From an uncultured bacterium (GTDB lineage Bacteria; Zixibacteria; MSB-5A5; CAIYYT01): 64,000 nucleotides of DNA. A program made the translations under genes and the position numbers. The first letter of the stretch is position 1; every line of letters begins with the position of its first letter. Below the pieces are notes generated by a model, which was given only the letters and a program-made list of their open reading frames with translations, was not told the DNA's origin and made no database searches. Where the stretch lies: the NCBI GenBank assembly GCA_963698225.1, contig CAVOPW010000014.1, positions 78,033-142,032 on the forward strand. The letters are read 5' to 3'. Below, one piece after another: positions 57,394 through 64,000 of the stretch.

Positions 57394-57869
57394 CGCTTGC
57401 CGTGAATGTCCGGCCGCGCGAACTTGTCGCCGTCTTTCGGCATCAAAGGAGAGCTCTGTTGGTAATCTGACTTGCCCACCTGGGAATTGTAAATCCGCAT
57501 ACGAACCGTAAAATCCTGACATGACTGGCAACGGCTGATGTTGCCGGCTTTGTCCTTCGGCACCCGGCGGGTCTTGGTGTGATTGGGAGCGAAAATCTGT
57601 TTGCCGATGACTTCATAACCCTTGGCATGGTCGCGATCGTCATTCCATTTGACGCCCTGGACGACGCGTTGATTGGTCTCGTCGTAAATTGTCACGCCCG
57701 GACAGTCAATGATGACATATTCCTTTTCCTCGTGATAGTCCCGCGAGGCCGAATTGAAAAACCCGTAGAAATCGCCATACCTCTCGTTGCATGGCAAACA
57801 CAGGTAAACCCCTTTGTATTCGCGCATCACCTTGCCGCAGATGTGGCAGCGCTGGGACTTGTCGTCCAT
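57390..57869 (-). CDS. Hypothetical protein with N-terminal zinc ribbon (last gene of a four-gene minus-strand operon)
   Basis: The ATG at 57869 lies 5 nt after the stop of the upstream mini-gene. 'CHICGKVM...YLCLPCNERYG' (CxxC...CxxC) and a second 'CQSCQ' pair near the C-terminus. The listed N-terminal extension to 57971 overlaps the 58-aa gene in another frame. Confidence 0.5.
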   Translation of the reverse strand: MDDKSQRCHICGKVMREYKGVYLCLPCNERYGDFYGFFNSASRDYHEEKEYVIIDCPGVTIYDETNQRVVQGVKWNDDRDHAKGYEVIGKQIFAPNHTKTRRVPKDKAGNISRCQSCQDFTVRMRIYNSQVGKSDYQQSSPLMPKDGDKFARPDIHGKR

Positions 57870-57874
57870 ATCGC

Positions 57875-58051
57875 CTATCCCTTGCCGCCGTCGACCACGC
57901 CATGAACTGAAGACGGCAGATTGAGGAATCGGCAGGAATCGCCGACGACCTCGATGCGGCATGCGGGACAATGCATCGTTCCGTGTGCCTTGATCAGCTT
58001 TCCGCTACAGAGCGGACAGTTCGTTCGTTTACGGCGCTTGAATGGCCTCAT
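57875..58051 (-). CDS. Unlisted 58-aa zinc-ribbon mini-protein
   Basis: Not in the ORF track (<60 aa). GGGAGGGAG lies directly upstream of the ATG at 58051. Translation: MRPFKRRKRTNCPLCSGKLIKAHGTMHCPACRIEVVGDSCRFLNLPSSVHGVVDGGKG* (CPLC...CPAC ribbon, basic N-terminus). Its stop lies 5 nt from the next start. Confidence 0.55.
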   Translation of the reverse strand: MRPFKRRKRTNCPLCSGKLIKAHGTMHCPACRIEVVGDSCRFLNLPSSVHGVVDGGKG

Positions 58052-58120
58052 ACTCCCTCCCCGTCGGGCGCTGCGCCCGCCTTCGAAGTTCTTTGACTCC
58101 AGCGGTCTGCCAGAACGTGC

Positions 58121-58444
58121 TTACCCTCGCAGCAACATCAAGCCGGCAAACAGCGCTGCTGCAACCGGCAGAATGTGCATAAAGCTAAGTGGCGATAACC
58201 ACGCCCCTACCAGGGCAACTGCCATCGATGGTATAGCCACACAGCGAACCACATCGAACGAGAGCTTAACCAGCCGCCAGAGCACGAGCACCGTCAGGGC
58301 CGCCGCAGCCAGATACACCGCCCACGCCGTTATTGGCCCATACTGTGCCGTCAAATAGCCGTGGAACGCTACTGCCGTTTCCGACAGCCGCCCCGGAACA
58401 TCTGATGCCAATTGCGACAGTTGCGCTTTCCACCCTGCGAGCAT
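58121..58444 (-). CDS. Hypothetical small membrane protein (2-3 TM helices)
   Basis: GGGGAGAA RBS upstream of the ATG at 58444. Hydrophobic helices 'ITAWAVYLAAAALTVLVLW', 'VAIPSMAVALVGAWL' and 'ILPVAAALFAGLMLL'. Confidence 0.55.
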   Translation of the reverse strand: MLAGWKAQLSQLASDVPGRLSETAVAFHGYLTAQYGPITAWAVYLAAAALTVLVLWRLVKLSFDVVRCVAIPSMAVALVGAWLSPLSFMHILPVAAALFAGLMLLRG

Positions 58445-58456
58445 TGCTTTTCTCCC

Positions 58457-58693
58457 CTACTCGTAGTCTGAAGAAATCGTCTCGTCCATCGGTTCGATCG
58501 TCAGTGACGATTCCCCAACGCGCTGCAACCCGATCATGCGCCGGGTAAGAAAGTTCTGTGATGTAATCCACTTCTGCGACAAGTCCAGAACCTCTTGCTG
58601 CTCGACCTCGGTGATCCAGTCAATCACGACGGAATCGTAATGCTGGTCGTCAACCGTCAGGTCATCCATCGTCAGTGTGAACTTCACGCGCAT
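58457..58693 (-). CDS. Hypothetical small acidic protein (first gene of the four-gene operon)
   Basis: AAGGAGGAAG RBS upstream of the ATG at 58693. 78 aa, D/E-rich ('LTMDDLTVDDQHYDSVVIDWITEVEQQEVLD'). No recognised domain. Confidence 0.5.
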   Translation of the reverse strand: MRVKFTLTMDDLTVDDQHYDSVVIDWITEVEQQEVLDLSQKWITSQNFLTRRMIGLQRVGESSLTIEPMDETISSDYE

Positions 58694-58857
58694 CGAGCTT
58701 CCTCCTTGGGCAGTTTGTCTGACATCTCTCTGTGCAGATACATTGCCGAGCTGTTCTGAAGTTTTCGACGGGGGTTATGCTGTTGGCAGATTTGGGTTTG
58801 AGTGCCTGTTCAAAAGGAAACAGCCGTTGCGCGACTATTTTGCATGCGTGTTTTTGT

Positions 58858-58869
58858 GGGGAGCTCCCC
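58858..58869. promoter_or_regulatory. Perfect 12-bp palindrome GGGGAGCTCCCC in the divergent spacer (candidate operator)
   Basis: Located between the minus-strand four-gene operon (start 58693) and the plus-strand Cys/His-rich gene (start 58927). A half-site-like GTGGGGAG recurs 8 nt downstream. Confidence 0.3.
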
Positions 58870-58926
58870 ATATCGTGGGGAGAAAGTCCTTATGTCACTT
58901 CCGGATATCGCGTATATACTCTTGTT

Positions 58927-59767
58927 ATGCAGACCGAATGGCGCAATCTCTACAAGCGGTCCGACATCTTCTTCTGTCCGCATCGACTGCACAAGCACCG
59001 CGAAAGCGGCACTTCCGCATGGCACATCCTCAAGCACAAGGGCTGCTTCCCGCAAGGCTGTATGTCGTTTCGCTGGCGCTGCCAGAAATTCGAAAACGGC
59101 CAGAAATGCCACCGCGACAAGAAGCATGTCGGTAAGGACTGCTTCTCCTGCCCTTTTTTCTTCGACCTCAAGGAAGCGCACCAGCCGGAGTTGCAGATCG
59201 ATCGGACCGAGTATGACACTTTCGTGCGACAATTTGAGGAGTTCGAGGATTGGGTAAACGACATCAGGGGCAAACGAATCGAAGTGCGCGGGGCGGTGAA
59301 GTCAATTAATCCATTGCTGGTGAACCACGGTGAGAATGGCAACCTGCGAATTGCCGGGCGCGGCGTGCTGCTCTATTTCCGCAACGGCATCTTCGGCTAC
59401 GACAAATTCCTCGATCCGTTCTACGCACGGCTGTCGTTTGACGTCTACGAACGTTCCGAGATCGCTGTCGGCGACGAAATCGATATGAAGGGGCAATTGG
59501 AGATCGACCGGGGCAGATTTGTCTTCGAGCGGGTTGGTTCAATCGAAAAATTGCACGACGCCGGCAATGACCCGGTCGCGACCGGCCAATTTTCGTCAGG
59601 CGAAATTCACCGGTACATTAATCGAGGGCCAGCCGGCAAAGTGCCTGCGCTGCCAGCACGGCCTCTTGATTGATTCTGTTAATGGAGATGGTCGTTCCCA
59701 GCCGCGCCGGCTGATGTACTGCACCAAAGGCGTGGCCGACTATCGCTATTGCCCCTACAACGTCTGA
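58927..59767 (+). CDS. Hypothetical Cys/His-rich protein with central OB-fold-like region and C-terminal zinc-ribbon-like motif; +1 frameshift at T4 run 59590-59593
   Basis: N-terminus 'FFCPHRLHKHRESGTSAWHILKHKGCFPQGCMSFRWRCQKFENGQKCHRDKKHVGKDCFSCPFF'. The middle 'GKRIEVRGAVKSI......GNLRIAGRGVLLYF......IAVGDEIDMKGQLEIDRGRFVFERV' fits an OB-fold pattern. Deleting one T joins it to '...QFRQAKFTGTLIEGQPAKCLRCQHGLLIDSVNGDGRSQPRRLMYCTKGVADYRYCPYNV*'. Start is uncertain because no SD is evident. Confidence 0.5.
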
Positions 59768-59811
59768 TTCAAGCTATTTGATGGGACGGATATTCTGTCT
59801 CTTCACGTTTC

Positions 59812-60813
59812 TTACGCCAGCGGCAGATACGGCACCGCAACCAGCGAATGATCTGCCTGCTCGCCCCGCGCTAACCTGAAATAACCCGCCGAGGCAATCA
59901 TCGCGGCATTGTCGGTGCAGTACTTGAATGCAGGGAACAAGACTCGGATGCCCTTTTCAGCAGCACGCTCGACAAACGCCTCCCGCAGCCGCGAATTGGC
60001 GGCTACGCCTCCCCCGACTGCAACCAGGTCAATTCCGTGGTCAAGCGCCGCATTGAGCGACGGCGTCACCAGCATATCGATGACTCGCTCCTGAAACGAG
60101 GCGCAGATGTCATTGAGATATTGACTGCGAAAGTCATCCGACTTGTCACGCAAATAGACGGCAACTGACGTTTTCAACCCTGAAAACGAAAACTGATACT
60201 CCCCCTTCTTGAAATGAGACCTCGGAAACCGATGAAACTCGCGATCGCCGACTTTCGCCAGTTGATCAATCAAGTATCCGCCCGGATATCCGAGCCCGAG
60301 CAACTTGGCGACTTTGTCGAATGCCTCCCCCGCGGCATCGTCGCGCGTCGATCCAAGAATCGTGTACTGGCACCAATCTTCGACTTTTACTAGCAATGTG
60401 TGTCCGCCGGAAACAATCAGCGTCAGGAAAGGCGGCTTGAGGGAGTTATCAGCCAGCAGATTGGCAAAGATATGCCCTTCCAGATGATTGACGCCGATCA
60501 GCGGCAAATTCCATCCATACGCGAGCGCCTTCGCAAAGTTCAGTCCGACCATCAGCGAGCCGATCAAGCCCGGTCCTCTGGTTACGGCAATTGCATCGAT
60601 CGATGAGGGCGAGATATCGTAGGCTTTCTTGCAGGTTTCAAACACCGGTGTAATCTTACGCAATTGTTGGCGCGAGGCGATTTCCGGTACAATGCCGCCA
60701 AATTCTGAATGCTCGACCTGCGAATAGACGAAATCGGCAAGCACGCGCTTGCCGTCTTCAACAACGGCAACCGCGGTTTCATCGCACGAGGTTTCAATTC
60801 CCAGGATCTTCAT
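59812..60813 (-). CDS. tsaD: tRNA N6-adenosine threonylcarbamoyltransferase TsaD
   Basis: 'MKILGIETSCDETAVAVV', 'GGIVPE.ASR.H', 'GPGL.G.L.VG...AK' and 'NHLEGH' are canonical Kae1/TsaD motifs. Confidence 0.95.
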   Translation of the reverse strand: MKILGIETSCDETAVAVVEDGKRVLADFVYSQVEHSEFGGIVPEIASRQQLRKITPVFETCKKAYDISPSSIDAIAVTRGPGLIGSLMVGLNFAKALAYGWNLPLIGVNHLEGHIFANLLADNSLKPPFLTLIVSGGHTLLVKVEDWCQYTILGSTRDDAAGEAFDKVAKLLGLGYPGGYLIDQLAKVGDREFHRFPRSHFKKGEYQFSFSGLKTSVAVYLRDKSDDFRSQYLNDICASFQERVIDMLVTPSLNAALDHGIDLVAVGGGVAANSRLREAFVERAAEKGIRVLFPAFKYCTDNAAMIASAGYFRLARGEQADHSLVAVPYLPLA

Positions 60814-61733
60814 CAGCGATGGTGGATCTGTACCGAATCTAAGGGATTGCCAACTAAGACCACGTTCGCGGGGAGAATATACTTTACTGCAGCACGACTT
60901 GAATCCCGATAATCGCCGTTCGATTCAAAACTGGCTCGCACTTGCCGCCAGTTGAGAGAATCACGCATCGACGACGGAAAACCAACTCGCACTGACGTGA
61001 GCCTGGGGTAATAGGTAAACCGGGAAGCATCAAAGTCGGCCGGGGCATGGATTACCAGGCTATCCAGCAGTCGTTCTGCCATTGGTTCTACGTTGAACGA
61101 AATAGTAACCGAAGAGTCGCTAAAAGATAGATGCAGCGAGTCGGGAACGACCAATTTCACCTTGTGTGAGGTAGATGTCGTCAGTCCGTTGAGCTCCACT
61201 CCTGCCGTCGCAACCTTTTTGAGATTTCGCACAGTGCTCGCCGGACCCGACACACGAATCATTTCCGGCTCAATCCGTGGACGGTCGACGATCAAGAAGC
61301 CCTCCGACGGCTTCGCTCTGACTTCGTTCTCAACCAACACATTCTTTTCTGAAACGCGCTCAAAACGCAGGAAGAGCTTTCTCGGAAAGGCTATTTCGAC
61401 CCGCTCATAAACCTGGTCGAAGGCGGCCGCCGCGAGACGATCGGTCAAGTCATGCTCGACCGGGCCTTCGCGAAACTCGGCAGCATCAACTTGAACCATC
61501 ACATCCCTGGCTGCGAGCGCAATCAATTGTTTACCGGTCGCCTTGACACGAAGTGTCACGGTCGAGGGAAAGTCGCTAACCAGGATCAGTCCTGCAGGAA
61601 CATTGACTAACCGCAAGGCGGCATCCACCTGATATTCGTACGCCTTGTTTGTCGCGACGTGTACCCAGAGCAAGAGGGCAAGCAAAACAGCCCCGATTTT
61701 CAAGGTCAGATTCTTGAAAGGATTAAAGCGCAT
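60813..61733 (-). CDS. YbbR-like domain protein (CdaR-like)
   Basis: N-terminal TM 'LKIGAVLLALLLWVHV', followed by repeated ~80-aa beta-rich modules ('V.V.G....L......V.V.VD'). The stop overlaps the tsaD start. Confidence 0.55.
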   Translation of the reverse strand: MRFNPFKNLTLKIGAVLLALLLWVHVATNKAYEYQVDAALRLVNVPAGLILVSDFPSTVTLRVKATGKQLIALAARDVMVQVDAAEFREGPVEHDLTDRLAAAAFDQVYERVEIAFPRKLFLRFERVSEKNVLVENEVRAKPSEGFLIVDRPRIEPEMIRVSGPASTVRNLKKVATAGVELNGLTTSTSHKVKLVVPDSLHLSFSDSSVTISFNVEPMAERLLDSLVIHAPADFDASRFTYYPRLTSVRVGFPSSMRDSLNWRQVRASFESNGDYRDSSRAAVKYILPANVVLVGNPLDSVQIHHR

Positions 61734-61758
61734 GTCACCTCACGCGCGGCGGAAACGA

Positions 61759-61950
61759 CTACTTGTTGGACGGCAGAATCGTCTTGCCGAATGAAATTTC
61801 ACCGTTATCAATCCGCAGATTAAAGCCACACTCCGGGTTTGAACAGGCCCAGGCTTTGAAGCGAATCGCGGCGCCTTCACGCCCGTAATCGGAAAGCGGG
61901 AGCAGGCGGCCAACCTTGCATTTGAGACATTCCGGAAGCTGAGTGTCCAT
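61759..61950 (-). CDS. Small (63-aa) zinc-ribbon protein
   Basis: 'CLKC...' and '...CSNPEC' give a four-Cys ribbon. It lies in the same orientation, tightly packed between the FG-GAP and YbbR-like genes. Confidence 0.45.
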   Translation of the reverse strand: MDTQLPECLKCKVGRLLPLSDYGREGAAIRFKAWACSNPECGFNLRIDNGEISFGKTILPSNK

Positions 61951-62039
61951 AACGCTACATTCCTTTGGCGGTTGCAGTTGCTCTTCTTTGAGTCACGCCG
62001 CAAATTAACTGCGGCCGTCGATGAAGTCAAATGAATTGA

Positions 62040-63560
62040 TTATTTTGACCACAGCAGGGTCGCCACGTCGCGGCCGGTTTCATCGACCGAGTGCAGAATC
62101 AAGTCGGCTTTGCCGTCAAGATTCAGGTCGGTCGCATCAAGCCAGTTGCAGCGCCCGGCTTGTCGTGACAAGACCGGCTTATCGGAGAATTGCGGATTCT
62201 GCGCACCCTTGAAAATTTCGATCTCGTCGTCATCGTTTAGACTGATCAGGTCGTTCATACGATCTCTGTCAAAGTCACCATGCAGACAACCAATCAGCCG
62301 CGTCGGAACTCCGCTGCCGAAATAGTCGATGGCACAGCTTATCCTCTTGACCGAGGTCGGCTGCTCCGACAGCACTCCCCCTTCAGGCTGGTAAATATTC
62401 AGATCTACCTGCATCCGTTTAACCAGCAGCGACTTCATCAAACTGGTCGGGCTGACATTGACGGTCGCCAATATCGCCGAAGCGACACCGTCAGCATTCA
62501 GATCGGCGACAACCAGCCCAAGGCAGTATTGATCGAGAACGATCCTCTTTGATGGTCTCTGCGCAAAACCAGCCTGTCCGCCAGAAAGATAAATCTCCAG
62601 TACCGTCTTGAATTCGTCCTGCCCGCCCTGGGTAAAAACGCGACAGTAATCTACTGTCTTGTCATTGTTCAGATCGCCAAAGCCCCACGACATGAACTTG
62701 AGATTGTCAAGAAAAGCTGCGCGCACTTCCAAAAGTTGACTCGGACCTTCGGAAAACTGCAGATCGCCAATTTGATAACAAACGGCCAGTCCGCTCCCGG
62801 ATGCAACCAGAATATCTTGAGCTCTGTCGGTATTCAAGTCGGCGACGGTTATGGTCGGAAGGGCTACGCCAAGTCCGCACGTCGCGCCTGCCGCCAGAAG
62901 ATTTCGGCCCAAATTGGCAATGGAGCCGTGTTCAATCTTGACCTGACGGACGGAAGAAAAACCGGTCCGGTCGCGCTTGAGAATCCGGACTCCGTCCCAA
63001 CACGGCAATATCGCATCGAAGTTCCGGTCTCCATTGAGATCAAAGAGAAACTCATATTCGACCACAAAATCGGGGCGCGGTATGGCGAATAGACGATCAA
63101 AGTGAGCGAGCTCCTTTGCCTGGGCGGCAAATCCCCCATCGTCAAAATCAACAACATAGAGCGCTTCCAGACCAAGCAAAGCCAATTCCGTGCGATTGTC
63201 GCCGTCAAGATCGACAGCCTGTACTGCAAAGACCGATGTCGGGAGGTCAATCGATAGCGCCGCAATTCCGTCATAATTCCGTGTCGCCGATTCCTTGTGG
63301 ACCAGCAGCCGCAATCCCCGTTGCTCGTGACTGGTGATTATTGCCAATTCGCGGGCGCCGACGCCGTCAAACTGGAGCGGAATCGTCGCGAGGATCCTGC
63401 CTTCGGCTACGATTGACTGCACAGAAAAATTATCGGTGTCTGCAGCATCAATTCTGCCAAATATCGCCAGACCAAGGAACAGCGCCATCGTCGCGACGGC
63501 CCTTAGAAATTTCGAGATTTCGGCCGCTCTGCGGAGGTCGGCCTGCAATTGAACGTTCAC
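62040..63560 (-). CDS. FG-GAP/VCBS-repeat beta-propeller protein (N-terminal signal/anchor)
   Basis: There are seven Ca-binding-loop-like repeats: 'VDLDGDNRTELA', 'FDLNGDRNFDAI', 'ADLNTDRAQDIL', 'GDLNNDKTVDY', 'ADLNADGVASAI', 'GDFDRDRMNDLI' and 'TDLNLDGKADLI'. Confidence 0.75.
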   Translation of the reverse strand: MNVQLQADLRRAAEISKFLRAVATMALFLGLAIFGRIDAADTDNFSVQSIVAEGRILATIPLQFDGVGARELAIITSHEQRGLRLLVHKESATRNYDGIAALSIDLPTSVFAVQAVDLDGDNRTELALLGLEALYVVDFDDGGFAAQAKELAHFDRLFAIPRPDFVVEYEFLFDLNGDRNFDAILPCWDGVRILKRDRTGFSSVRQVKIEHGSIANLGRNLLAAGATCGLGVALPTITVADLNTDRAQDILVASGSGLAVCYQIGDLQFSEGPSQLLEVRAAFLDNLKFMSWGFGDLNNDKTVDYCRVFTQGGQDEFKTVLEIYLSGGQAGFAQRPSKRIVLDQYCLGLVVADLNADGVASAILATVNVSPTSLMKSLLVKRMQVDLNIYQPEGGVLSEQPTSVKRISCAIDYFGSGVPTRLIGCLHGDFDRDRMNDLISLNDDDEIEIFKGAQNPQFSDKPVLSRQAGRCNWLDATDLNLDGKADLILHSVDETGRDVATLLWSK

Positions 63561-63706
63561 TTATCCTGCCTTCAGGTGATTACCCGCGGACAGTGGGGTT
63601 CTTTCCACTCGCCCTGTTAGGTTATAATTTACTCAAAAGCGAGTGAAGAGGTTGCTTATTTTTTGGAAGATCTGTTTCGGCGGATCAGCGCGAGCCGAAC
63701 ACGCGC

Positions 63707-64000
63707 CTATTGCAGCCAATCGCTGCGGTCGAAATCGTTCCAATGGAACCTGCTGACGCCGCGATCGGTGCCAATCCACACAAAGTCGCCGTCTGCGATA
63801 ATCGACCTGACCCGGATTCCAATCAGACCATCGTTGGTCGTATAACGATACCAGTTGTCCTTGCGACTGTTGTAGCGATAAAGCCCGCTGACTCCGCCGG
63901 CCCAAATAACATTGTCATGGACCAGCAGCGCAGTCAGATCGGCATTCTTGAACACCGTGTTCCGGTCAAATATGGTGCTCTGCAGGGTTTTCAAATTCAC
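63707..64000 (-). CDS. C-terminal fragment of a two-component-regulator-propeller (Reg_prop)-repeat protein (continues beyond window)
   Basis: The frame is open to the window edge. Repeats 'VIWAGGVSGLYRYN...W..YT..DGL....V.SI..DGDFVWIGTDRGVSRF' match the Reg_prop pattern. Confidence 0.5.
   Translation of the reverse strand: MNLKTLQSTIFDRNTVFKNADLTALLVHDNVIWAGGVSGLYRYNSRKDNWYRYTTNDGLIGIRVRSIIADGDFVWIGTDRGVSRFHWNDFDRSDWLQ

Overview
64 kb chromosomal segment from a diderm (Gram-negative-type) bacterium, probably an uncultured or metagenome-derived lineage. I cannot assign a taxon from sequence alone. Genes are densely packed (about 55 protein genes and one tRNA-Arg). I found no rRNA, CRISPR array, transposase or integrase.

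Recognisable housekeeping and metabolic genes:
- pdxS/pdxT, hisS, tsaD, aspA, corA
- a GlpX-like FBPase
- cystathionine beta-synthase plus gamma-lyase
- gmd plus an rmd-like gene plus an NDP-sugar dehydrogenase
- a Wzx-type flippase plus a glycosyltransferase
- a pterin (PTPS plus two SDR) cluster
- a NifS-SelD fusion

Envelope and signalling genes:
- two DUF5916/CBM9-like outer-membrane paralogs
- an OmpR/HK pair divergent from a PDZ/NEW3-like/ABC-2 five-gene module
- FG-GAP and Reg_prop propeller proteins
- a dockerin-tagged PQQ-type sugar dehydrogenase

Three observations stand out:
1. At least nine, possibly ten, genes are each split by an apparent single-base (+1) insertion, several of them in 3-4 nt homopolymers. 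This points to systematic sequence error rather than pseudogenisation.
2. An uncharacterised three-gene module at 18.0-22.3 kb: a sigma-like protein, a soluble zf-HC2 anti-sigma, and a membrane-anchored Lon-like Ser-Lys peptidase with an extracytoplasmic FG-GAP propeller.
3. A block of uncharacterised genes at 55.8-59.8 kb, next to tRNA-Arg and an A/T-rich spacer. It contains a histone-H1-like protein, a DprA/SLOG-like plus AbiGi-like fusion protein, and a tightly coupled four-gene operon of zinc-ribbon and membrane mini-proteins (one missing from the ORF track). It also contains a Cys/His-rich OB-fold-like protein. This block is my best candidate for a previously undescribed, possibly conflict/defence-type, system.

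All family assignments come from motif recognition by eye. No database search was run.
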